The notes beneath the pieces were generated by a model that searched no databases, had not been told where the DNA came from, and saw only the letters and a program-made list of their open reading frames with translations. Below, piece by piece: positions 10,639-21,024 of a stretch of 64,000 nucleotides of DNA. The position numbers and the translations under genes were made by a program. Position 1 is the stretch's first letter; the number at the start of each line of letters is the position of its first letter. Origin of the DNA: an uncultured Planctomycetaceae bacterium (GTDB lineage: Bacteria > Planctomycetota > Planctomycetia > Planctomycetales > Planctomycetaceae); assembly GCA_963813715.1 (NCBI GenBank), contig CAWFAK010000017.1, positions 832,001-896,000 of the forward strand. The letters run 5' to 3'.

Positions 10639-11716
10639 TCAGGTCAGGCCGCGGGGGGTGCGGCCTGTCAACTTGTAGACGTAGGCCATGATTTCGACGA
10701 AGACCTGGTACATCTCGACCGGGATCGCCTGGCCGACTTTGATGTTGCGGTACAGGGCCCGGGCCAGTTCTTTCCGCTCGATGATCGGCACACGGTTTTC
10801 GCTGGCGATGCGGCGGATGCTGGCGGCGATTTCGCCCATTCCCTTCGCGACGACGACTGGGGCCGGCATTTTTGTCGGGTCGTACTTGATGGCGACGGCG
10901 ATCTCCGTCGGGTTGGTGATGATGACGTCGGCCGACCGCACCTGATTGAGTTCGCGGGCCTGGGCCACTTTGCGGTGGGCGTCGCGTCGCCGCTGCCGGA
11001 TATGCGGGTCCCCCTGCATTTCCTTCATTTCGTCGCGGACCTCTTGCTTCGTCATTTTGAGGTCCTGCTCGAGCCGCCATCGCTGATACAAGAAGTCGAG
11101 CAAGGCCAACGCGACGAGCGCGATCGAGAGCTGGTACGCCAGCTTCACGAGTGCGCCTTCCATGTAGAGCAGCGTTGCTCCGGGCGCCAGACCGATCAGT
11201 TGCGTGACCTGCGGCAAGAGCGCCGATCGACCAGAAGGCGATCCCCACGACGATCCCCAGCTTGCCGAGGCTGACGCCCAACCGCATCAGGGCGGCGGTC
11301 GAAAAAATTCGCTTAAAGCCGGAAAGCGGGTTCAAGCGTCCGAACTGTGGGACGAGGGCCTCGGGCGCGATCAGAATGCCGAACTGGACGATGTTCCACA
11401 CGAAGGCCGCCAGCATCATCGCCAACAACACGGCCAAGAGACTGGGGCCGACGGCCTGGAGAATGGTGCGGAAACGCTCGACAACGTCGACCTGATCGAG
11501 GCGTTCGTGGCCGGCCGTTCTCAGGAGTGTGGCGGTCAGCCCCGCCAGCGAGTGGCAGAGCGGAACCATCAACATCGAGAAGACGATCGCGGCTCCGAGC
11601 ATCAGGCCGGCGGCCGTCAGGTCGCGGCTCCGCGCGACGTTGCCCTGCTCCCGAGCTTCCGTGCGGCGGCGCTCGGTGGGCAGTTCTGTTTTTTCGCCGT
11701 ATTCATCGGTCGACAT
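10639..11716 (-). CDS. flhB: Flagellar export protein FlhB (frameshift near 11220)
   Basis: N-terminal EKTELPTERRRTEAREQGNVARSRDL; C-terminal frame has KMTKQEVRDEMKEMQGDP, NPT(E) cleavage-like motif and APVVVAKG. Confidence 0.93.
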
Positions 11717-11787
11717 GACGCATCAACAGCCGTGGAACGCCGACACAACGCGGGACCCCAAGTGGCACGAGAGCGGCGGCGCGCAAC

Positions 11788-12780
11788 TCATCCGACGCCG
11801 ATCGTCCGCACGATGGCGTCAATTGTCGTGGGAACCAAATCGACGGCCGCCCGGGCGATCCCCGACAGCGACGCAATCAGTATGAGCAGGCTGATGCTGG
11901 CCCGCACTGGAAAGCCGACGATGAGCACGTTGATTTGCGGCACTGAGTGCCCGAGGAAGCCCATCGTCAGTGCGACGAGCGACATCGCCGCCAAAAACGG
12001 CGCACCGACCTGGACGCCCAGCACCAACGACTGATGGATCAGGTCACGGAGCAGATCGATCGTCGGCAGACTGACGAAGGCTTCGCCCAACGGCAGTGTC
12101 TGAAACGTCGAGACGATCGCCGAAATCATCTGTAAGTGGTAGCCGGTCGGCTGCAGCACCAACAGGACGGTCACCGCGAACTGAAACAGGAACTGGCCGG
12201 TGACGGAGCCGGTGATGTTCAAACTCGGGTCGGCGATTTGCCCCAGCGAGAGTCCTGTCTGCTGATCGATCAGATCGCCTCCCAGGAGAAAACCGCTGAG
12301 AATCGTAAAGACTCCCAAACCGAGCGAAAAACCGAGCGCCAGCTCGCAGATGGCGACGCGGCCGTACTCGAGGAGTGTCCGCGCCGGCCGCAGCGTGCTC
12401 TGAAACTCGCTCTGCGTCAGGCCGGCGTTTTCGTCTTTGCCGGCGGCCTGTCGCAACGCTTCGTAGCGCGGCAGCAGCGATTCGGGGACTTCATCGGCGG
12501 TCAGGCGGCCGTCGTGATTCGTATCTAGTCGGTCGAATAACAGGCGGCTGTGATCGTGCACGGCCGGAGTGATCAGGAATCCCAAGGCCAGCACGAGCAG
12601 CACTCGGAGATTCGTCGGCACAATGCGTTCGCCGAACAGCGGTCCGACAATCATCAAGCCTGACAGACGGACGAGCACCAGCGTGAACGCGTAAAACTGC
12701 GTGAGGGCTCCCTGCATCAGCAATCGCAGGGCCTGATCGTGGACCGGTGTCACGCTCAGGCGATCGAGCAGCGAGTTCAT
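11788..12780 (-). CDS. fliR: Flagellar export gate FliR with EF-hand-containing insertion
   Basis: LVRLSGLMIVGPLFG, GDLIDQQTGL and VPQINVLIVGFP motifs; lies between fliQ and flhB. Confidence 0.92.
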   Translation of the reverse strand: MNSLLDRLSVTPVHDQALRLLMQGALTQFYAFTLVLVRLSGLMIVGPLFGERIVPTNLRVLLVLALGFLITPAVHDHSRLLFDRLDTNHDGRLTADEVPESLLPRYEALRQAAGKDENAGLTQSEFQSTLRPARTLLEYGRVAICELALGFSLGLGVFTILSGFLLGGDLIDQQTGLSLGQIADPSLNITGSVTGQFLFQFAVTVLLVLQPTGYHLQMISAIVSTFQTLPLGEAFVSLPTIDLLRDLIHQSLVLGVQVGAPFLAAMSLVALTMGFLGHSVPQINVLIVGFPVRASISLLILIASLSGIARAAVDLVPTTIDAIVRTIGVG

Positions 12781-12798
12781 GCGCCCCACTCCGCCTCG

Positions 12799-13065
12799 TC
12801 ACAGTTGGGACGGGATGTTCGTGAAGATTTCTGTGGCGTAATCGACGATGCGATGCATCATCCATGGCAAGAGCGCAAGGCCGGCCAGGGACATCGCGAC
12901 AATCTTCGGCACGAAACTCAGCGTTTGATCCTGCAGCTGGGTCACCGCTTGCAGAACGCTGATCACCAGGCCGACCAAGATGGCCATCAACATGATCGGC
13001 GCTCCCAACATCATCACCAGGATCACGGCGCTGCGGGTCATCTCGGCGGCCTGCTCAACGGTCAT
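12799..13065 (-). CDS. fliQ: Flagellar export gate FliQ
   Basis: 88 aa; VGLVISVLQAVTQLQDQTLSFVPK; RBS AGGAGG upstream. Confidence 0.95.
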   Translation of the reverse strand: MTVEQAAEMTRSAVILVMMLGAPIMLMAILVGLVISVLQAVTQLQDQTLSFVPKIVAMSLAGLALLPWMMHRIVDYATEIFTNIPSQL

Positions 13066-13109
13066 GTTGTCCTCCTTCTTGGGCGAAATCCGTCCGTTTG
13101 GAAACACCA

Positions 13110-14059
<950 letters not shown>

Positions 14060-14067
<8 letters not shown>

Positions 14068-15013
14068 GGAACACCTCCGCCGGGCCGGCGTACGGCGCAT
14101 CCGTGAATGGTGCGCTGGGGCTCGAACCGCCACGCAGACGGCGGATCAATTCCTGTTCCGGATCCGGTCCGCGAACGTCGGGCGACTCCGAGGCAACGAC
14201 GGGCTCGGAAGCCCGCGGTGGATTGCGATGTGGCGGACTGCAATGGGCCGGGCTGCCAGGCGATGGACTGCGACGCGGCGGCTCGGCATGCCGTACCTTC
14301 GCGGTGGGAGCCGCCTGTCCCTTGATTAAGTTGAAGAATGAGGAGCCAAGCCCCTGGCCATTCCGGGTCGGTCGACACATCCCGGCCACGAGGTCGACTT
14401 CGACGGGATCGCTCAGCTCGCCGATCCCCTGCAGCCCGGCCGGCGATGAGCCGACGACCAGGATCCGCGAGCCGATCCGGAGCAACAGAATCGACTGTCG
14501 TTGATCGAGATACCGCCGTCCGAGCACCTCCAGGACCTCGTTTGGCAGGGATTGGTTGAACAGCGGCGCGTGACGGCGAAAGAGGCGGGCGAGGACAAGG
14601 ATCAGTCCGATCACGACGATCAACGCGCCGACGGCCGACAGGGCGCCGGACATCGAGGATTTTGGAGCGGAAGAGCTCGGCGTCAACGACGCCGAAGTCT
14701 GAGGCTGCCGCGCGCGTTCCTCGTTGTGCTTCTGCGCGAGCTCCTTCCAGGTCTTGTGGTGGGACGTGGGCGTCGCTTCCGCAGCAGTCCCAGGTGTGGA
14801 AGGTGGCGCGGCAGACGTCGCGGCGGGCGGCGAATCGGGTTCGGGAGCCGGCCGCGAAACCGAATGTCGGGTTTCCGGACGCGGATTGACGATCGGTGCA
14901 TCCGCGAAGGGATCGCTGGAGCCTGACTGCGCGACAGCCGAGCTCGCAACAGAGACGACGGCGGCCACTGCCCCGAGCAGCCGCAGCAGTCGACTACAGT
15001 GCCGGTGCGACAA
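14060..15013 (-). CDS. fliO: FliO/FliZ-family protein with long secreted-type N-terminal extension (start uncertain)
   Basis: TM segment followed by [30 protein letters not shown]; lies between fliN and fliP. Confidence 0.8.
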
Positions 15014-15581
15014 TTTCGGCCACCCGCACGCAGAAGTTGTCATTCAACACCAAAACCTCGCCCCGCGCGACCAGTCGGCCATTCACCAGAATGTCGACCG
15101 GATCGCCGGCCAGTTTGTCCAGCGGCACGACCGATCCGGACTTCAATTGCAGAACTTCCTCGATCAACAGTTCGGTGCGCCCGAGTTCGATCCGCAAGTC
15201 GAGTTCGACGTCCTGCAGAGCGTGGAGACCCACACCATCGCCTGCCCCCGCCGCCCCGTGATCGAAGGGCCGAAATTCGTAGGCCGCTGGAGAACCCAGC
15301 TCGGCCGGAATCCCGCTGCGCCCCGGCAACGTGGGCGAAACCGCAGCCGCCAGCCCTGCCTGCACTTGTTCGAGTAGCCGTTCGGTCGGCGATTTCTCTT
15401 TCTCGCTCGCAGACGCCTGGCCCGGGCGGCCGGCCGGTCGTCCGACGGGGCTGCCCGGAAGCGGACCGGCATCGTCGGCAGTAGCCTGACGCAGGGGCGC
15501 CGAGCTTCCGCCGGAGGGGCCGGACCCGGCAGCCTTCAGCAGTGCTTCAATTTCTTCGGGTTTGAGAAGATCGTCCGCCAT
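14994..15581 (-). CDS. fliN: Flagellar switch protein FliN (SpoA domain)
   Basis: [13 protein letters not shown]...[30 protein letters not shown]-terminal [11 protein letters not shown] resembles the FliM/FliY CheY-binding peptide. Confidence 0.9.
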   Translation of the reverse strand: MADDLLKPEEIEALLKAAGSGPSGGSSAPLRQATADDAGPLPGSPVGRPAGRPGQASASEKEKSPTERLLEQVQAGLAAAVSPTLPGRSGIPAELGSPAAYEFRPFDHGAAGAGDGVGLHALQDVELDLRIELGRTELLIEEVLQLKSGSVVPLDKLAGDPVDILVNGRLVARGEVLVLNDNFCVRVAEIVAPAL

Positions 15582-15591
15582 GACGCTCCCA

Positions 15592-16155
15592 TCATTGCTG
15601 CATGACCCGAATTTCGCTGACGATGACTTCCTGGATGTAGGGCTCGGGCATCACGTTGTTCAACTGGCTCTTCATCTCACGCTTCATCAGCTCCAGCTGC
15701 GGGTCGCGCAGGTCCTTGATGCTCGACATCCGCACCACCTTGACGACGGCCTGCCGCAGCCGCGCCTTGAAGCGCTCGCTGGCGTCGGCAAAGTGCCCCT
15801 GGACGTCCGTGCCGACGGTGGCAAACAGCTTGAAGCTGACGTTCCACATCTGGGCATCGTCAGGCTCAACTGAAACACTGAAGCTGCCGACCTCGACTTC
15901 GACGACGTTTTCGGACTTCGACGAATGCGATTCTTCTGCATGGGCCGCCCCGCCCTCCCCGGATTGCTCCGTGGGAGCGGCGGCGTGTCCCTTGGGCAAC
16001 AGGAGCGCGGCTCCGACGGCCGGCAGGACCATCACGCCGGCAATAATCGCGATCAGCTTGACGCGTTTTCCGCCCAGCAGCGATTTCTTCGCCGCCGCTG
16101 GGGCAGGCGCCGCCTCGGCTGCCGCTGGTGCGGGGGTAGCCGGTGCTTGTGTCAT
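15592..16155 (-). CDS. fliL: Flagellar basal-body-associated FliL
   Basis: Single N-terminal TM, C-terminal RLRQAVV...LKREMK-like region and IQEVIVSE; first gene of the operon. Confidence 0.78.
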   Translation of the reverse strand: MTQAPATPAPAAAEAAPAPAAAKKSLLGGKRVKLIAIIAGVMVLPAVGAALLLPKGHAAAPTEQSGEGGAAHAEESHSSKSENVVEVEVGSFSVSVEPDDAQMWNVSFKLFATVGTDVQGHFADASERFKARLRQAVVKVVRMSSIKDLRDPQLELMKREMKSQLNNVMPEPYIQEVIVSEIRVMQQ

Positions 16156-16329
16156 GGCGAACCGTCACTCTTTGCGGTCCCACGGAGAGCGATCGGGTGT
16201 CGCGGTGCTCGGCCCGCGGCAAGAGCAGGAGCCGGATCGGTCCGTTGGGCGGCGGAATATAGGACCGAATCCGAAATAGGTCAACACGTTCTGATAAGCG
16301 GGGAAAACCCGAGCGGCTCGGCAAGCCGA

Positions 16330-16345
16330 TGCATTATGGAGGCCA
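16330..16345 (-). promoter_or_regulatory. Possible sigma54 -24/-12 promoter for the fli operon
   Basis: TGGCCTCCATAATGCA (GG-N10-GC) about 175 nt upstream of fliL; imperfect match. Confidence 0.4.
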
Positions 16346-16462
16346 AACGCCACCAAATACGTGCCGTTCCGACACGCAATCCGTACAATAAACGGCAGAG
16401 CACCGCCGGGCGGAAAGTGGCGGCGCTCGGTTGCCAGTCTCAAACGAAGGAGAGCCAGCTCC

Positions 16463-17768
16463 ATGCAGCGCTTTAGGCAAATTCCTTTGCGGACCAGCGT
16501 TCAATCGTCCGAAACCGTTCGCGTTGTCCGTTGGGCCGGCTTGCCGACGTTGGGCCGCGGACGCCGGGCATCGAGCTGGCTTGGGCCGCTGGAACTGTGC
16601 TGCCTGATACTGGTATACGGGAGTCTTGGCTTTTCGGGCTGCGCGGCACCCTTCGATCGACGACCAGGTGCAGGCCGCAGACGACAAACGGCCAGCGGGC
16701 GAAAAGCGTCACCAGGAGAAACACCAGATGGTTCAAGTCCGTGTCTTCGATCGCAATGGAAAACTCGTCGGTCCCATCGAAACTCCTCACTTGGATTTGA
16801 GCACGGCCGAATGGGAACGGCGGTTGACCAAAGACCAGTTCCATATTCTGCGCGCCCAGGGAACCGAACGGGCTTTCTGCGGCACGCTGTTGGATAACCA
16901 CAAAGAGGGCGTTTATGCCTGTGCCGGCTGTGGATTGCCCCTCTTCGCGTCCGATGCGAAGTTCAATTCGGGGACCGGCTGGCCCAGCTTTTTCCAGCCG
17001 ATCGCTCGGGAAAACGTGATCGAGCATCAGGACCAGTCGCACGGGATGACGCGGTCGGAGATCCTGTGCGCCCGTTGCGGCGGCCACTTGGGACACGTCT
17101 TCGACGACGGTCCGCGCCCCACGGGACTGCGGTTCTGCCTCAATTCCGAATCGCTGAAGTTCGTTGATAAAGACAAGCTGGCCACGCTGGCCGACCCGGC
17201 CGCGGAGGCCGTGACCAAAGACCACAAGGCGACGGCCGTCTTTGCCGGCGGTTGCTTCTGGTGCACCGAGGCTGCCTTCGAGCAGCTGAAAGGCGTGTCC
17301 GACGTCGAGAGCGGCTATGCCGGCGGCGCGAAGGAGACGGCGAACTACGAGCAGGTGTCCAACGGCGACACCGGTCACGCCGAATCGATTCGCGTCACCT
17401 ACGATCCGCGGCAGATCACTTACGATCAACTGCTCGACGCCTTCTTCAATTCCCACGACCCGACTCAAATGAACCGCCAGGGGAACGACGTCGGCAACCA
17501 GTACCGCTCGGCAATCTTCTACGCGAACGAGAACGAGGAACGAGCCGCGCGGGCGAAGATCAAGCACTTGACCGACACGAAGGCGTTTCCGGATCCGATC
17601 GTCACCTCGCTCGAACCGCTCAAGACCTTCTATGCGGCCGAGACCTATCACCAGGACTACGCAAAAAAACATCCGAAGCAGCCCTACATCGCCTCGCATG
17701 CCCTGCCCTTGGCGGAAAAGGTCCGCGAGAAGATGCCCAACTTGGTCAAGCCGGAAGACGGCAAGTAG
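16463..17768 (+). CDS. msrAB: Bifunctional methionine sulfoxide reductase MsrB-MsrA fusion, probably exported (indel near 16655; start uncertain)
   Basis: Msr[38 protein letters not shown]. Msr[24 protein letters not shown]. Upstream frame has [13 protein letters not shown] (lipobox-like). Confidence 0.92.
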
Positions 17769-18294
17769 CCGGCGGGCGCGGCGAAGAAGGCGATCAAGGT
17801 GCTGCGTGCGCGTCCTCTGCGCGCTCGGGGGGGGCGATCGGTCTCGGTGGCGTCTAGCGCCATCGAAGAGCCCGCGCTCACCAACGTTTTGCATCTGCGA
17901 GCGCAAGTCGGTAACTCGACCTTGGTTGAACGTTTCGCTTTGGACCACTCAGCCACGCACACTGTTCCCAAGCCGACCGCTCCGCCGTCGGATCCGGAAC
18001 GACAGCCGAGCTGTCGGCTTGGGAAAGGTGGATGTACACAGCTCGTCGAGAATTCCCCCAAACTGATCTTGGCCGAATCGAGACTTTGTGGCTGAATGAA
18101 AGAGGCGGTTGCGCGCGAGCGCCTCCGTGCGCCGGTGGACGTCCGTGTGCGTCCTGGCGAACGACCTGACCGGGGGCGGCGCGGTGGGACCGGTTTCGAC
18201 TCACGAGTGCTCGCAGCAATCGAGGGCAACGAATTCGTGGTCGTCTCCCAGATCAAGCCGCCCGTGCGAACGGAAAAACAACAGCGAACAAAAG

Positions 18295-18458
18295 TTAGGT
18301 CTCGCCGGCTGGTCAGATCGCAGCCCCGCCGTTCTTCGTTCGTCACGGTGGGTCCAGTTGTCCCGGCGGGTCAACCTGAAGTGGACCCGGCGTGACGGGA
18401 CCCTCACTTTTAATATAAGGGGGGCGCGGAAAAGTGGTCCCACCGCGCGACGACCGGG
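18295..18458. ncRNA. 6S-RNA-like long rod with central bubble (putative)
   Basis: Nested pairings GGTC-TCGC-CGG/CCG-GCGA-GACC and CGC(A)GCCCC/GGGGCGCG, an asymmetric AT-rich bubble (CTCACTTTTAATATAA), then CGTCACG/CGTGACG, GGGTCCA/TGGACCC and GTTG.CCC/GGG.CAAC. Strand unresolved. Confidence 0.5.
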
Positions 18459-18831
18459 GTTGGGAAAATTGGTGGTCATTCGTGGTGTGCCGGCGGCCCG
18501 CGAGCGGGCCTGGTCACTTCGAAGTTCCTGCTTCGATTCCCTCCGCGCGAGATCCACTCAAGATGACCGGTCGTCACGACCGTCCGAGAATTCGATGCGA
18601 TCAAAGAGCTCTCGCTCACCCCCTTCTGGCGAACCTGTCGACCTGTCTTCCGCACCAAATGGTTTCCGCGAGACGCGCCTTTCCCAGCAAACCCGCTTCC
18701 CTCGGCGGAAATCGGCTAATTTTGTTGTGGTTTGGCCCGCGGCTTTCAGTGAGTCCGGTCGAGCCGGTAATCGGTCCGTAACGTCGGACCGCCGCAACTG
18801 ACCAGTCTCCCCACCAGTCGAGGACGCCGAT

Positions 18832-19062
18832 ATGCCCAGCAGCGAGCCAACACCCTGTTCCAAGTGCGGTTCAACCAACCGAAGTTATGGCACTTTGAAG
18901 GGCCTTTCCGAGGTCAAGTTTTACACCGGTGTGACCCTGATGGACGCCGTCATCGGCGGCGATACCGTGATCGCGCTGGCCTGCCTGAAGTGCGGCGACA
19001 TCGAACTCGTGCTGGAAAAGGTGCCGCGCGAGTACGCGGAGCGAATGGAGGGGAAGGCCTAA
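18832..19062 (+). CDS. Small Zn-ribbon protein (CxxC...CxxC)
   Basis: 76 aa; CSKCGS and CLKCG; GAGG RBS upstream. Confidence 0.75.
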   Translation: MPSSEPTPCSKCGSTNRSYGTLKGLSEVKFYTGVTLMDAVIGGDTVIALACLKCGDIELVLEKVPREYAERMEGKA

Positions 19063-19106
19063 CGCGTCGTCTCGCTCCGTCTCTCTCTTCGTCTGGAATC
19101 CGCTCG

Positions 19107-19721
19107 ATGGAACGTCCCGCAGCGCCAGCGAAGTCATTAGTCGCTCGCACGGCCGCGACCATGCAGGTGTACCGCTGGCCGATTGCGGTCAGCGCGCTCA
19201 TCCTGATCGTCCATCCGATTGTCCTGCGGCTCGAGGGACGCCGCTGGTGGTGCGCCTGCGGCCGGCCGTTTCTTTGGTCGGGGAACGTCCACAGCAGTCA
19301 CAACTCGCAGCACCTGGCCGATCCGTACAGCTTCTCACACGTCGAGCACGGGATTTTGTTCTACGGACTGTTCACGTGGCTCTGGCCACGGATGTCGGTC
19401 GGCTGGCGCTTCGTGCTAACGTTGGCGGTCGAAGCCGGCTGGGAGATCCTCGAGAACACGAATTCCGTCATCGATCGCTACCGCGCGGCAACGATTTCGC
19501 TCGACTATTTCGGCGACAGCATCGGCAATTCGATCGGCGACGTGCTTTCTTGCCTGATCGGATTCTATCTCGCGAGGCGAATCGGCTTCTGGCCCTCGTT
19601 TGCGGTTGTCGTCGTGACCGAGCTCGTCATGCTGTTTTGGATTCGCGACAACCTGCTGCTCAATATCGTGATGCTGCTGCACCCGTTCGACGCGGTGAAG
19701 CAATGGCAGAGCGGCGCCTAA
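19107..19721 (+). CDS. DUF2585-family membrane protein
   Basis: GRRWWCACG, SSHNSQHLADPYSFSHVEHG, WEILENT, YFGDS, IRDNLLLN. Confidence 0.85.
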   Translation: MERPAAPAKSLVARTAATMQVYRWPIAVSALILIVHPIVLRLEGRRWWCACGRPFLWSGNVHSSHNSQHLADPYSFSHVEHGILFYGLFTWLWPRMSVGWRFVLTLAVEAGWEILENTNSVIDRYRAATISLDYFGDSIGNSIGDVLSCLIGFYLARRIGFWPSFAVVVVTELVMLFWIRDNLLLNIVMLLHPFDAVKQWQSGA

Positions 19722-19740
19722 GTGGATGAGTTCACGGCGA

Positions 19741-21024
19741 TTAATATTTCACGAGCGTGAGCCACGCCACGCCGAGTGACGTCGTCAAGATGGTGAGCGG
19801 CACGCCCACCTTCAGATACTCGCGGAAGCGGATTTCGATCCCGCGCCGCCGGGCGCTTTCGACAACGATCAAATTGGCCACCGATCCGAGAATCGTCAGG
19901 TTGCCGGCAAACGTGCTCGACATCGCCAGGGCCAGCCAGGCACTTTCCCGAGTGGCGGCAGGCACGCTCTGTACGACCGGTTCGAGCAGGAGGACGGCGG
20001 GGACGTTGCTCACGAGGTTGGACAGCCCCAACGTAACGAGGCTCAGCACGTCGACCGGCCGCGTCAACAGCCAGGTCCAGCTTTTGACGTTCCAGCCCTC
20101 GACGACGTGCACCTGGAATGCGTGCACAACGATAAAGAGCCCGGTGAACATCACCAGCAGGCTCCAATCGACCTCGCGATACATCTTCTCCGGCTTGATC
20201 CGTTCGAGCAGCACAACCGCCGCCGCTCCCAGTGCGACCAGTTCGAGCGGGAGCCCAGCGAAAAACAGCACGACGGCTCCCAGCGTCACCACGATCGACT
20301 TGATCTGCAGCGTCAACAGTCGTGAATGGCGGGAGATTCGGCCGCCGGAGTCGGCGTCAGGCTGCCGAGAATCTGGCGTGACGGCGTCGCGATTCTGGAC
20401 CGGGGCAAGCTTGTGGCGATAGACGAGCCAAACCACTAAGTAATTGATGGCCAGTCCCAGAAAAGCAATCGGCAAGAGCCGCGCGGCGAAACGCAGGTAC
20501 GAAATCCCCGAGTGAACACCGATGTAAATATTCTGGGGGTTGCCCGTGATGGTGCCGGTCGAGCCGACGTTGGCGGCCGTCGCCAGGCCGATCAGGTGCG
20601 GCATCGGATCGACTTTCATGCGCCGTGCGAGGTGCAGCACGAGCGGCGTCAGCGCGATACACACGACATCGTTGATCAAGAATGCCGACAGCACGCCTGA
20701 CAGGCCGATCGTCACGGCTAACAAAGCCCGCGGAGAAGCGAGGGAGCCGGCGGCAAGGTCGGTCAGCCGTTGGAAGACGCCGGAGAGCCGCAGCGACCCG
20801 ACGACGATCATCATCCCCAAGAGCAGGAAGAGCGTCTTGAAGTCGATCGACTCGGAGCTGGTCGCGTCCGCTAGCGAGAGGATCCCCGTGATCAGGATGA
20901 GCACAGCCCCAACGAACGCGATGCCGGCCCGATCGATCCGCAGGCCGGGAATTTTCCCCAGCGCCAGGCCGCAATACGTGAGGGCAAAGATGACCCACGT
21001 CAGCCAATAGACTCTGTCGCTCAC
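19741..21024 (-). CDS. Anion permease, ArsB/NhaD/CitMHS (YbiR-like) family
   Basis: DRAGIA, LSAFLINDVVC, ANVGSTGTITGNPQN, SNVPAV, AGNLTILGSVANLIV. Confidence 0.88.
   Translation of the reverse strand: MSDRVYWLTWVIFALTYCGLALGKIPGLRIDRAGIAFVGAVLILITGILSLADATSSESIDFKTLFLLLGMMIVVGSLRLSGVFQRLTDLAAGSLASPRALLAVTIGLSGVLSAFLINDVVCIALTPLVLHLARRMKVDPMPHLIGLATAANVGSTGTITGNPQNIYIGVHSGISYLRFAARLLPIAFLGLAINYLVVWLVYRHKLAPVQNRDAVTPDSRQPDADSGGRISRHSRLLTLQIKSIVVTLGAVVLFFAGLPLELVALGAAAVVLLERIKPEKMYREVDWSLLVMFTGLFIVVHAFQVHVVEGWNVKSWTWLLTRPVDVLSLVTLGLSNLVSNVPAVLLLEPVVQSVPAATRESAWLALAMSSTFAGNLTILGSVANLIVVESARRRGIEIRFREYLKVGVPLTILTTSLGVAWLTLVKY

Noticed and set aside
10535..11220. Arg-rich C-terminus of the 393-aa FlhB ORF and similar tails on mnmE, clpB and the GGDEF ORF
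   Set aside because: Out-of-frame read-through after indels; the true sequence continues in another frame.
17800..17961. tRNA-like 5' half on the - strand (GTGTGCGTGGCTGAGTGGTCCAAAGCG)
   Set aside because: No pairing anticodon stem and no TTC T-loop at a workable distance, so no cloverleaf can be built.
18171..18560. tmRNA-like words (ACCGGTTTCGAC ... TTCGATTCCC)
   Set aside because: No matching acceptor stem or CCA end, no proper T-stem, and no tag frame ending in an ALAA-like sequence.
18096..18801. ORFs 18096..18395 and 18109..18801
   Set aside because: Arg/Ser/Pro-rich with no motifs or clear RBS, and they overlap the structured RNA candidate; probably spurious.
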